Shown here piece after piece: positions 28,936 through 38,603 of a stretch of 64,000 bases of DNA. The notes under the pieces are model-generated. The model was not told the origin of the DNA and ran no database searches. It saw nothing but the letters and a program-made list of their open reading frames with translations. The stretch lies in the NCBI GenBank assembly GCA_040901675.1, contig JBBDYJ010000014.1:72559-136558 (forward strand), read 5' to 3'. Both the position numbers and the translations under genes were made by a program. The DNA is from Pirellulales bacterium (GTDB taxonomy: Bacteria; Planctomycetota; Planctomycetia; Pirellulales; JAICIG01). The number at the start of each line of letters is the position of its first letter. Within the stretch, counting starts at the first letter, position 1.

Positions 28936-29733
28936 ATGCATGCCATACGAGCGAGACGACCGATGACGGCTTGTTACGCCTTGCGGTGCGGCCTGTTGCT
29001 GGCGTGGCTCGCTGTCCCGGCGATTGCCCTGGCCGACGATTTCCGGGTGCACAACAAGATCTTCCTGGCCGGCGGCAAGCAGCCGGTGGCCGAGACGATC
29101 ACAGTCTTTCGGGCCGGCCGAGTCTACGACTTTCAGCCGAAAACGCTGGAAACGACCATTTTCGACCCGTCGCAGGACCTGTTCGTGCTGTTGGACGCCG
29201 GCCGCCGGACAAAATGCGAAGTGCCGACCGCGCGGATCGCCGACTACGTTGCACGCTTGAAGATCGAAGCCCGCATGCACGGCGAGCCGCTGCTCGCGTT
29301 CCTGGCCGATCCACGCTTCGACGAGTCGACCGACGCCGACTCCGGCGCACTGAAGCTTTCGAGCGATTGGCTGAGCTACCGCGTGGAAACCGAGAAGGCG
29401 GCCACTTCTCAATCGGCCCTGCAGTACGGCGAGTTCGCCGACTGGTCGGCTCAACTGAACTGCCTGGCGAACCCCTCCAGCCTGCCGCCTTTTGCCAGGC
29501 TGGCGCTCAACGATGCCCTGCGCCGGCGGCAGGCGCTCCCGCTGCGATTGGAGCTCAGCCTCTCCAAGCGCGCTGGCGGCCGGCCCGCACTGACGCGCCG
29601 CAGCCAGCATACCGTGCAATGGGGGCTGTCGCAGGAAGATCATCGCCGCATGGACGAGGCGGCCGATCAACTGGCCACCTTCACAACCGTAGGCCTCGAC
29701 CAGTATCTGCGCCGATCGCCGGAAATGCCCTAG
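28936..29733 (+). CDS. Secreted hypothetical protein
   Basis: GGAGG RBS, signal peptide ending ALA-DD. Confidence 0.75.
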   Translation: MHAIRARRPMTACYALRCGLLLAWLAVPAIALADDFRVHNKIFLAGGKQPVAETITVFRAGRVYDFQPKTLETTIFDPSQDLFVLLDAGRRTKCEVPTARIADYVARLKIEARMHGEPLLAFLADPRFDESTDADSGALKLSSDWLSYRVETEKAATSQSALQYGEFADWSAQLNCLANPSSLPPFARLALNDALRRRQALPLRLELSLSKRAGGRPALTRRSQHTVQWGLSQEDHRRMDEAADQLATFTTVGLDQYLRRSPEMP

Positions 29734-29786
29734 AGCGAGCGCTTTGGGCCAGGTGCACGGGCCACAGCGACCCGTGTACGAGGCCA

Positions 29787-29987
29787 TCAAGCCTGGACAT
29801 CGGCCGGCGGTTGCTGGGGCGGTGAAGGCGCGGTGGGCGCGGAGCCGAGTTCGTCGCGCAGCACGACGATATGCGGCGGCGCCTCGATGCCCAATCGCAC
29901 CTTGTCGCCCGACAGGCGGACCACGGTGACCACGATCGAATCGCCCAGCCTGATTCGTTCGTTTTCCTTGCGGGAGAGTACCAACAT
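29787..29987 (-). CDS. csrA: Carbon storage regulator
   Basis: MLVLSRK...VRLGIEAP...VLRDEL; GGAGG RBS. Confidence 0.93.
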   Translation of the reverse strand: MLVLSRKENERIRLGDSIVVTVVRLSGDKVRLGIEAPPHIVVLRDELGSAPTAPSPPQQPPADVQA

Positions 29988-30013
29988 CAGCTCACCTCCG
30001 TGCGGAATGATAG

Positions 30014-30051
30014 TGTATAAATGTATACAAACGAAGGTCGCCGTAGTCAAC
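30014..30051 (-). promoter_or_regulatory. csrA promoter overlapped by palindrome TGTATA-N4-TATACA
   Basis: TTGACT-N17-TATACA on the minus strand; palindrome at 30014-30029. Confidence 0.55.
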
Positions 30052-30131
30052 AGGTCAATGGCGAGCAACGGGGGGACAACTTTGCCCCAGCCACCCGGCG
30101 GCACTCCCACTTTCACCCAACTGGCGTCCGC

Positions 30132-30425
30132 TCAAGCAGCCAGCTTGAAGGCGGGCGAGATGGGCAAGCGGGTCTTGCGAAAGCGTTCTCCGCTGGAACT
30201 GTAAAAAAGCACGGTGTTGTGCTGGGCCTCCCAGATGGCGGAGAACTTTACCGCGCGAGGACCATGCAGGCAGAAAAAGATGCCGCACGGTTTACTGCCG
30301 CGCAGCAGGACGCGTTCAGTCATTCGAAAAGCCCCAGCTTCGAGCTGGTCGTACTCGCATAAGGTCTCGGTCACATAGTGTCTTAAGTCATCCAGCGATT
30401 GAATCTGCCGTTCGCTCGTCGGCAT
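30132..30425 (-). CDS. Conserved-looking hypothetical protein
   Basis: PCGIFFCLHGPR...AIWE...LFYSSSGERF; GGAG RBS. Confidence 0.75.
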   Translation of the reverse strand: MPTSERQIQSLDDLRHYVTETLCEYDQLEAGAFRMTERVLLRGSKPCGIFFCLHGPRAVKFSAIWEAQHNTVLFYSSSGERFRKTRLPISPAFKLAA

Positions 30426-30581
30426 GAGGGGTCGATTCTCCTTTAGCTGTTGTGCCGAGGGCCGCGGGAGAAGCGGCCTTTGGCGCAGAAAGAGAAGGAT
30501 ACGTTGAGTGCGGGCCATGGATACTATCGGCAGCATGGATAGTTTACTTGGCCCTTAGATTTGGGGAGAATTGGGTAAAGA

Positions 30582-31562
30582 TCAGCGGTCTTCCGCGGCA
30601 TATTCCTTGAATGCTCCCGCCAGATTTGCCGCCTCGGCATCGCCTTTGTGAAACAAGAAGCGATACCGCAAGTAAATCGATTCTCCGGCGGCGACTGTGT
30701 GGACGCCTTTCACGTCGGCCGATCCGGTGAAGTCGTGCAGCCCGAACGGATTGGCGGCGAACAGCCCGTACTCTCGGACATGCCAGGTCGTGGGATAGCG
30801 GAAGCTCGAAGGATGATTGAAGATGGCCACGCCAACCACCTCGCCCGCGACCGGTCCATGGTAATCGACCCAGGCGGCCGGCTTGCCCCAGGCCTCTTTG
30901 TCGGTGAGACCTTCGCTGGTGACGATGCGGCCGCCCAGGCGGCTGTCGACGTCCATGACGGTGGGAAGCCGAATTCCCATAGTGCCTTCCTTGGTATCGC
31001 CGAACGTCACCGGTCCGTCGGAAGCGATCAGCACGATATCGAAGTCGATCGTGCGCGTGTCGCCGTCGCCGCGGAACGTCAGCGTCCGCTCATCCTGGCA
31101 GTGCCGTTTACCGTCGGGTCCCAGCCAATCGTTGCGGGTGCGGATGACTGCTTTGCCGCCATCGGCGGAAACCTCCAAGTAGCCGCGGTGCACGATCGAA
31201 CCGTGAGGCGGGTTCTCGCTCCAGAAGTCCACGCCGTTCACATCGCCGTGGGTGAACCAGAGTGAGCGCTGGTGGACGTGGTCTTTCTTTTCGCCGGCCA
31301 CGTCGGCCATCGGGTACGCGCGGGTCATTTCGACCCCCGTGGGACCGATCACGGGCCACAAGATGGGCTTGGGAGCGGTTCGAGTGAGATAGTCGGTGAA
31401 CAAGTTGCCGTCGATCTCGACTCGCACGCCGCCGTCATGTTCTTTCACCGCCAGTTCGGCTGCCATGCTGGAAATTCCGGAGCAAAGCACTGCGACGGCG
31501 AACAGAGGCCATACCGGCATCCCCAGGTGCAGGGCGGTCGTCGACGGGCGTAAGCAGATCAT
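30582..31562 (-). CDS. Secreted DUF6807 ('PmoA family') protein
   Basis: KPILWPVIGPTG, DHVHQRSLWFTHG, WHVREYGLFAANPFG. Confidence 0.8.
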   Translation of the reverse strand: MICLRPSTTALHLGMPVWPLFAVAVLCSGISSMAAELAVKEHDGGVRVEIDGNLFTDYLTRTAPKPILWPVIGPTGVEMTRAYPMADVAGEKKDHVHQRSLWFTHGDVNGVDFWSENPPHGSIVHRGYLEVSADGGKAVIRTRNDWLGPDGKRHCQDERTLTFRGDGDTRTIDFDIVLIASDGPVTFGDTKEGTMGIRLPTVMDVDSRLGGRIVTSEGLTDKEAWGKPAAWVDYHGPVAGEVVGVAIFNHPSSFRYPTTWHVREYGLFAANPFGLHDFTGSADVKGVHTVAAGESIYLRYRFLFHKGDAEAANLAGAFKEYAAEDR

Positions 31563-32037
31563 CGTTGGCGTTCTCCTCATGCGGTAAAGACACGAGGTCG
31601 GCCTTGCAAGGCCGACCCCCAGGGTGGACCGGCGTGCCAATCGTACCCGGGGCCGGAGCGATTCGCCACCGGGAGCCACCCGGCGGGGGGAGCGGCGAGG
31701 GCGAACGCATCAACAAATCTATATGTTTTGTTAAATCTTTGCCAAACTCTTTGACAAAGACCCCCGGCCCGGATAATCTCGGTTACGAGAGAACGGAGGA
31801 TTACGACGGAACTGGGGCCTCGCCTGGCCAGGTTCCTCCCCGCCACACCGCATGCGCGCCAGATGGCCCTCCGCATGCTGCCTCACCTACAACGCCAGCG
31901 ACTGGCGACTCGCCTTTTAAGCCACCGGGCTTGCTGTGAACCGCCTCCCGTGCAGTTTGGACGGGGGGCGACGGACCGTGAACCGATCTGAACAAGATCA
32001 ATGGATTCGGACCCAGACACCCACGGAGAAGTTTGAG

Positions 32038-33339
32038 ATGAGGACCCTTGCGATACGCCGACGCGGCTTTTTGACGGTTGGGGCGTTGGCCGGTACCGGC
32101 ATTTCACTGGCCGACTTCTTCCAGATGCAGGAGCTCAGGGCCCAGCAGAAGCACTACGACTTCCTGGAAGCCAAGGCCCAGAGCGTGATCCACATCTTTC
32201 TTCCAGGCGGCATGGCCCACCAGGAGACATTCGATCCCAAGCCCTACGCACCGCTGGAGTACCGCGGTGAGCTGAACTCGATCGCCACGAAAATCCCGGG
32301 CGCCCAGTTCTCCGAGCTGCTGCCCCGCCTGGCCGACGTGGCGGACAAGATGACGGTGATCCGCTCGATGTCGCACGGCGAAGCGGCCCACGAGCGGGGC
32401 ACGCACAACATGTTCACCGGCTATAAGCCGAGCCCCGCCCTGATCTTCCCCAGCATGGGGAGCGTGGTGAGCCATGAGTACGGCCCCCGCAACAACCTGC
32501 CGCCGTACGTCTGCATTCCCAACCAGCCCAACGAGTTCGCCGGGACCGGTTACCTCAGCTCGTCGTTCGCTCCCTTCAGCCTGGGATCGGATCCGGCCGC
32601 CGGCGGTTTCCGCGTGCTCGACCTGAACATGGCGGGCGGCGTCGATGAGGCGCGGTTCAACCGCCGCCGCACCGCCTTGGAAGCGGTGAACGAGTACTTC
32701 TCCAAGAAGGAGAAGTCCGATTCGCTCACGGCCATGGACAGCTTCTACGATCGGGCCTACAGCCTGGTCAGCTCGCAGGCGGCGCGGGAAGCCTTCAACA
32801 TCGATGCAGAGTCGCCGGGTATCCGCGACGAATACGGCCGCAACGAAGCCGGGCAGCGGATGCTGATGGCCCGCCGGCTCGTGGCCGCCGGCGTGCGATT
32901 CGTGTCGCTGACCTACGGCGGCTGGGACATGCACACCAGCATCTCGGCCGGCATGCGGTCGCAACTGCCGGCCTTCGACCAGGCCTTGTCGACCTTGATC
33001 AACGACCTGGACCGCAACGGCCTGTTGGACCAGACGCTGGTGATGGTTTCGTCGGAGTTCGGCCGGACGCCCAAGGTGAACGGCACGGCGGGCCGCGATC
33101 ACTGGCCCAAGGTGTTCAGCGTGGTGCTGGCGGGCGGCGGGACCAAGCGCGGCTCGATCTTCGGCGCTTCGAACTCCACGGCCAGCGAGCCGGAGGATGA
33201 CGAGATCGGCCCGGAGGACCTGGCCACGACCGTGTACCACCAGTTGGGCATCGTCGCCGACAAGGAGTTGATGGCCCCCGGCGACAGGCCGATTGAAATC
33301 GTGAATGGCGGCCAGGTCCGCAAGAACCTGCTGGCCTGA
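32038..33339 (+). CDS. DUF1501 family protein (Tat signal)
   Basis: RRRGFL; GGMAHQETFDPKP; GWDMH; EFGRTP; GRDHW. Confidence 0.92.
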   Translation: MRTLAIRRRGFLTVGALAGTGISLADFFQMQELRAQQKHYDFLEAKAQSVIHIFLPGGMAHQETFDPKPYAPLEYRGELNSIATKIPGAQFSELLPRLADVADKMTVIRSMSHGEAAHERGTHNMFTGYKPSPALIFPSMGSVVSHEYGPRNNLPPYVCIPNQPNEFAGTGYLSSSFAPFSLGSDPAAGGFRVLDLNMAGGVDEARFNRRRTALEAVNEYFSKKEKSDSLTAMDSFYDRAYSLVSSQAAREAFNIDAESPGIRDEYGRNEAGQRMLMARRLVAAGVRFVSLTYGGWDMHTSISAGMRSQLPAFDQALSTLINDLDRNGLLDQTLVMVSSEFGRTPKVNGTAGRDHWPKVFSVVLAGGGTKRGSIFGASNSTASEPEDDEIGPEDLATTVYHQLGIVADKELMAPGDRPIEIVNGGQVRKNLLA

Positions 33340-33340
33340 C

Positions 33341-33394
33341 GCACTGCTCGCCTGAGGCACTGCTCGCCTGAGGCACTGCTGGCCTGAGGCACTG
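33341..33394. repeat. Tandem 16-mer GCACTGCTSGCCTGAG x3
   Basis: Directly visible; related GTGCCACTGCT / AGCAGTGGCAC copies at 41776-41875. Confidence 0.8.
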
Positions 33395-33502
33395 GGTGAA
33401 TCGAAGATGCCCGGGCGAATCAACCGGCGGGCCGATGGTCGGCTCGCACTTGCCATCGGGAGAATTCGAACGTCGAAGCGCACCGAAGGAAAGAGGCATT
33501 CC

Positions 33503-36028
33503 ATGCACCGCTTTTGGAGTCCGCTTGTCTGCGGACCGGCTGCCGCGGGTAAAAAGGCGAGCAGGATCGCCACGGCCGCGGCCTGTGTCTTGCTGATCGG
33601 CGCCGCGCCGGCTGTGTTGCTCTTTGGCGCCGCGCCGGCATTGGCGGCCAGTCCGAGCCTGGGTTCGATCACCCCTTATGGGGCCCAACGCGGTACGGAG
33701 GTCGAGGTCAACTTCAACGGCGGTAATCTGGGGGACGCCGAGGAGATCCTCTTGTACTACCCCGGCATCTCGGTCGGTCACTTCGAAGCGGCCGGCGACG
33801 GAGCGGTCAAGACCAAGCTGAACATCGCCGCCGACTGCCGGCTGGGCATTCATGCGATGCGGGTCCGCACGGCGACGGGCATCACCAACTTGCGGACCTT
33901 CAGCGTAGGCGCCTTGCCCGAGATTCAGGAGATCGAGCCTAACAGCGAGTTTTCTGCGCCTCAGCAAATCAGTCTCGATACGACGGTGAACGGCGTGGTC
34001 GAGAACGAAGACGTCGATTTCTTCCGGGTCGAGGCCAAGAAGGGGGAGCGGATCACCGCCGAGATCGAAGGCATCCGCCTGGGCAATACCTTCTTCGATC
34101 CATACGTAGCCATTCTGGACCGCGACCGCTTCGAGCTGGCCGCCTGCGACGATGCCGCGCTGGTCTGGCAGGACGGCGTGGCGTCGATCATTGCGCCCGA
34201 GGACGGCAGTTACATCGTCCAGGTCCGCGAAAGTGCCTTCGGCGGCAACGGCGGCTGCACGTATCGCCTGCACGTGGGCCGCTTTCCACGGCCCACGGCC
34301 ACGGTCCCCTCCGGAGGCAGGCCGGGAGAGACGATTCCCGTGCGCTGGCTGGGAGACCTGGCGGGCGAGTGGACGGAGCAGGTGACGATCCCGACCGAGC
34401 GGCAACCGCTGTTCGGGCTGTTTGCCCGCGACGACCGTGGGATCTCGCCTTCGCCCAACGCCTTTGTCATCAGCGATCTGGGCAACGTGCTCGAGGTCGA
34501 ACCCAACGAGGCGGCCGACGCGGCCACGCCGTTCGAAGCGCCCATGGCCCTGTCCGGCGTCATTCAGCAGCCGGGCGATGTCGACACCTTCAAGTTCACC
34601 GCCAAGCAGAACCAGGTGTTCGACGTGCGGGTGATGGCCCGCCAGATCCGCTCGCAACTCGATCCGGTGCTCAACATCAATCGCTTGGACGGCTCAGGGG
34701 TGGCCGGCAACGACGATAGCGGCGGACCCGACAGCTATGTTCGGTTCACCGCGCCGGCGGACGACACCTACCTGCTGTCGGTCCGCGATCACCTGGGACA
34801 GGGCCGCGGCGATTATGCCTACCGGGTCGAAATCGTGCCGGTCAAACCGCGGCTGACCATGGGTCTGCCGGAGCGGCAGCAGTACGTCGATGTGACGGTG
34901 GGGGTGCCGCAAGGCAATCGCACGGCCTTCCTGGTCAGTGCCAGCCGGGCTGATTTCGGCGGCGAACTGGCGATCGACATGCGCGGCCTGCCGCCCGGGG
35001 TGACGTTCGAGGCGATCAATATGCCGGCGAACCAGTCGATCGTGCCCGTGCTGTTCACGGCGGCCCCGGATGCGCCGACTTCGGGCACCCTGGTCGACGT
35101 GGTGGGCCGGCACGTCGATCCCAACCAGAACATCGAAGGCCGCCTGGAGCAGACGACCGGGTTGGCGCGGGGACAAAACAACATCCTGGTCTGGGGGCAC
35201 ACGGCCGACCGCATGGCCACGGCGGTGACCGCCGAGGCGCCGTTTGCCATTGAGGTCGTGCAGCCCAAGGTGCCGCTGGTGCGCGACGGCTCGATGGGCT
35301 TGAAGGTGGTGGCCACGCGGAAGGAAGGTTTCACCGCGCCGATCTCGGTGCGGATGCTGTACAACCCGCCGGGCGTCGGCTCGTCGGGCGACGTTTCGAT
35401 CGCGGAAGGCCAGACCGAGGCGGTCATTCCACTGACCGCCAACAGCGGAGCCGAGGTCAAGCTCTGGAAGATCGCAATCATGGGCGAGGCCACGGTCGGA
35501 AACGGGCGGGTGCTGGTTTCGTCGCAACTGGCCGACCTGGAAATCACCGAGCCGTTCCTGGGCTTTGCCTTCAATGCCGCGGCGGTCGAGCAGGGGAAAG
35601 AGACCGAAGTGGTGATCGGCGTGACGGCCAACCGGCCCTTCGAAGGCGCCGCCCAGGTGGAGTTGCTGGGACTGCCTCACGAGGTGACCACCGAAGCACG
35701 CGAGTTGACCGCGGATGCCAAGGAGCTGGTGTTCAAGGTCAAGACGACGGGCAACTCGCCGGCCGGCCGCCACAAGACGCTGCTCTGCCGGGCGGTGGTC
35801 ATGGCCAACGGCGAGCCGGTCACGCACACGCTGGGCTCGGGCGAGTTGCGAATCGACACGCCCCTGCCGCCCAAAGCCAACGAACCGCCACCAATGCCGA
35901 TGCCCACACCGATGCCGGCGGCCGAGGAAAAACCGCCCGAAAAACGGCTCACCCGCTTGGAACAGTTGCGGCTGGACCGCGAGAAGGCCCTCAAGGCGGC
36001 CGCGGAGAGTAAACCCGAAACCGAGTGA
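33503..36028 (+). CDS. Secreted PPC (pre-peptidase C-terminal) domain protein
   Basis: GAQRGT, EIEPN/EVEPN, DVDFF, NDDSGGPDS repeats. Confidence 0.85.
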   Translation: MHRFWSPLVCGPAAAGKKASRIATAAACVLLIGAAPAVLLFGAAPALAASPSLGSITPYGAQRGTEVEVNFNGGNLGDAEEILLYYPGISVGHFEAAGDGAVKTKLNIAADCRLGIHAMRVRTATGITNLRTFSVGALPEIQEIEPNSEFSAPQQISLDTTVNGVVENEDVDFFRVEAKKGERITAEIEGIRLGNTFFDPYVAILDRDRFELAACDDAALVWQDGVASIIAPEDGSYIVQVRESAFGGNGGCTYRLHVGRFPRPTATVPSGGRPGETIPVRWLGDLAGEWTEQVTIPTERQPLFGLFARDDRGISPSPNAFVISDLGNVLEVEPNEAADAATPFEAPMALSGVIQQPGDVDTFKFTAKQNQVFDVRVMARQIRSQLDPVLNINRLDGSGVAGNDDSGGPDSYVRFTAPADDTYLLSVRDHLGQGRGDYAYRVEIVPVKPRLTMGLPERQQYVDVTVGVPQGNRTAFLVSASRADFGGELAIDMRGLPPGVTFEAINMPANQSIVPVLFTAAPDAPTSGTLVDVVGRHVDPNQNIEGRLEQTTGLARGQNNILVWGHTADRMATAVTAEAPFAIEVVQPKVPLVRDGSMGLKVVATRKEGFTAPISVRMLYNPPGVGSSGDVSIAEGQTEAVIPLTANSGAEVKLWKIAIMGEATVGNGRVLVSSQLADLEITEPFLGFAFNAAAVEQGKETEVVIGVTANRPFEGAAQVELLGLPHEVTTEARELTADAKELVFKVKTTGNSPAGRHKTLLCRAVVMANGEPVTHTLGSGELRIDTPLPPKANEPPPMPMPTPMPAAEEKPPEKRLTRLEQLRLDREKALKAAAESKPETE

Positions 36029-36113
36029 TTCGATTGCGGCGGGCTGCTTTCGCCCGGCGCGTGCGGCGGACGGCAAGCTCCGCCAAGCAAAGCGAACATC
36101 CATCAGGAGGCGC

Positions 36114-38573
36114 ATGGTGAAGACCTATCGGAGAATCGCTCTGGCCCTGTGGCTGGCGGCATCGCCATGGTTTGGCTTGGGAGGGGAGGCGAGCGCCTGG
36201 CAAGAGCCGGCGCCGGCGGCAATCACCAAGGTCGAGGTGTTTCCGCCCGATTTGGAATTGAGCACCAGCCGCGACCGGCAGCGGTTTGTCGTGGTGGCCA
36301 CGCGGGCCGACGGCGTCACACTCGACGTGACGCCGCAGTCGCAGGCCAAGCTGGCCGACCCGTCGCTGGCACGGATCGACGCCTTCACGGTGTATCCGCA
36401 GGCCGATGGCGCAACCTCGTTGGAAGTCAGCTACGAAGGCCACGTCGTGCAGGCGCCGCTGACGGTCAAGCAGGCGGCCGTCGACCGGCCCATCAGCTTC
36501 AAGCTCGACGTGATGCCCGTGTTCATGCGGGCCGGCTGCAATACGGGGAGTTGCCACGGGGCGGCCCGAGGCAAAGACGGCTTTCGGCTGTCGTTGTTCG
36601 GGTTCGACCCGGTGGGCGACCACTTTCGCCTGACGCGCGAGCTGGGTTATAGGAGGATCAACCTGGCGCTGCCCCAGGAAAGCGTGATGATGGAAAAGGC
36701 CGACGGCAGCGTTCCCCACACCGGCGGCAAGCGATTCGATCGCGACAGCGAATACTACAACACGCTCCTGCGGTGGTTGGAGGCCGGCGCGCCCTTGGAC
36801 GCGGGCGAAACGCCCAAAGTGCTGGCCGTCGACCTGTACCCCAAGCAGATCGTGCTGGAAGGCGAGGGGGCCACGCAGCAGATGGTGGCCCGGGCCAGGT
36901 ACGCCGACGGCACCGACCGCGACGTCACCAACCTGGCGGTGTTCTTGTCGAACAACGACAACTCGGCCGCCATCTCGCCCGACGGCCTGGTGACCGCGGC
37001 GGCCCGGGGCGAGGCCTTTGTGATGGCCCGCTTCGAGACGCACACCGTGGGCAGCCAGGTGCTGGCGCTGCCCAAGGGTCTGGACTACACGCCTCCGGCC
37101 GAAACGCCCGTGAATTACGTCGACGAGCTGGTGAATGCCAAGCTGCGGAAGCTGAGGATTCTGCCCAGCGAGATCTGCGGCGACGAGGTGTTCCTGCGCC
37201 GCGCGACGATCGACATCAGTGGCCTGTTGCCCACCGAGCAGGAGTACCACGAGTTCATGGCCGACGCGGACCCGCAAAAGCGCTCGAAGCTGATCGACCG
37301 CCTCCTGGAGCGCAAGGAGTTCTCCGAGATATGGGCCATGAAGTGGGCCGAGCTGCTCACCGTCAAGTCGTCGAACCAGGTCAGTTACAAGTCGATGTTC
37401 CTGTATTCCAACTGGCTGACCGGGCAGATCTCCAACAACGTGCCCTTGAACAAGATGGTGCAGGAGGTGCTGGGGGCCACCGGGGGCACGTTCAAGAACC
37501 CGGCCACCAACTACTACCAGATTGAAACCGACACGCTGAAGGTCTCGGAGAACGTGGCCCAGGTGTTCATGGGCATCCGGACCCAATGCGCCCAGTGCCA
37601 CAACCATCCGTTCGACCGCTGGACGATGGACGACTACTACAGCTTCGCGGCCTTCTTTTCCCAGATAGGGCGGAAGACGGGGGAGGACTACCGGGAGACG
37701 ATCGTCTTCAATTCGGGCGGGGGCGAGGTGGCCCACCCGGTCGGCGGCCGCGTGATGCCGCCCAAGTTCCTGGGCGGGCCGGCGCCTGACGTGGCGGGCA
37801 AGGACCGCCGCAAGGTGCTGGCCGAATGGCTGGCCTCGCCTGAGAACCCGTATTTCGCCACGAGCGTGGCCAACCGGGTATGGGACCACTTTTTCGGCAT
37901 CGGCATCATCCAGCCGGTGGACGACGTCCGCATCAGCAATCCGGCCAGCAACCCGGAGCTGTTCCAGGCGTTAGGCGACCGCTTCACCCAGTACAACTAC
38001 GATTTCAAGCAGCTCGTCCGCGACATTTGCAATTCGCAGACGTACCAGCGCTCGACCCAGCGCAACGCCAGCAACGAGAGCGACGAGCTGAACTTCGCCC
38101 ATTCGCGGATTCGCCGCATCCGGGCAGAGAACCTGCTCGACTCGATCACGCAGGTCACCGAGACCAAGGACAAGTTCCAGGGGCTGCCGCTGGGGTCGCG
38201 AGCGGTCCAGATCGCCGACGGGGGCACCAGCACCTATTTTCTGACCACGTTCGGCCGGTCGACCCGCAACACGGTTTGCTCGTGCGAGGTGAAGACGGAA
38301 CCGAACTTGTCGCAATCGCTGCACATGATCAACGGCGACACGGTGGAGGGGAAGATCCAGGCCGGCGGCCTGGTCCAGCGCATGCTCTCCGAGGGGAAGA
38401 CGCCCGACCAGGTGATCGAGTCGTTGTACATCCGCACGCTTTGCCGGCAGCCGACCGCGGAAGAATTGACCGCGCTGAAGGCGGCCGTGGCCGACGAGCC
38501 CGACCCCAAGCGGGCCCTGGACGACGTCTTCTGGGCATTGTTGAACTCTCGCGAGTTCGTCTTCAACCACTAA
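36114..38573 (+). CDS. DUF1549/DUF1553 protein with Ig-like (Big_2) domains
   Basis: CNTGSCHG, FLRRATID, CAQCHNHP, NRVWDHFFG, LNSREF. Confidence 0.9.
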   Translation: MVKTYRRIALALWLAASPWFGLGGEASAWQEPAPAAITKVEVFPPDLELSTSRDRQRFVVVATRADGVTLDVTPQSQAKLADPSLARIDAFTVYPQADGATSLEVSYEGHVVQAPLTVKQAAVDRPISFKLDVMPVFMRAGCNTGSCHGAARGKDGFRLSLFGFDPVGDHFRLTRELGYRRINLALPQESVMMEKADGSVPHTGGKRFDRDSEYYNTLLRWLEAGAPLDAGETPKVLAVDLYPKQIVLEGEGATQQMVARARYADGTDRDVTNLAVFLSNNDNSAAISPDGLVTAAARGEAFVMARFETHTVGSQVLALPKGLDYTPPAETPVNYVDELVNAKLRKLRILPSEICGDEVFLRRATIDISGLLPTEQEYHEFMADADPQKRSKLIDRLLERKEFSEIWAMKWAELLTVKSSNQVSYKSMFLYSNWLTGQISNNVPLNKMVQEVLGATGGTFKNPATNYYQIETDTLKVSENVAQVFMGIRTQCAQCHNHPFDRWTMDDYYSFAAFFSQIGRKTGEDYRETIVFNSGGGEVAHPVGGRVMPPKFLGGPAPDVAGKDRRKVLAEWLASPENPYFATSVANRVWDHFFGIGIIQPVDDVRISNPASNPELFQALGDRFTQYNYDFKQLVRDICNSQTYQRSTQRNASNESDELNFAHSRIRRIRAENLLDSITQVTETKDKFQGLPLGSRAVQIADGGTSTYFLTTFGRSTRNTVCSCEVKTEPNLSQSLHMINGDTVEGKIQAGGLVQRMLSEGKTPDQVIESLYIRTLCRQPTAEELTALKAAVADEPDPKRALDDVFWALLNSREFVFNH

Positions 38574-38603
38574 AACCGAAAACCAGTTTGCTTCTTCCGA
38601 TTC

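Noticed and set aside
30582..31562. Methane monooxygenase PmoA
   Set aside because: Soluble secreted protein of the misleadingly named family; no TM helices and no pmoB/pmoC
33341..33394. Mini-CRISPR
   Set aside because: Spacerless 16-mer tandem repeat related to a dispersed repeat family
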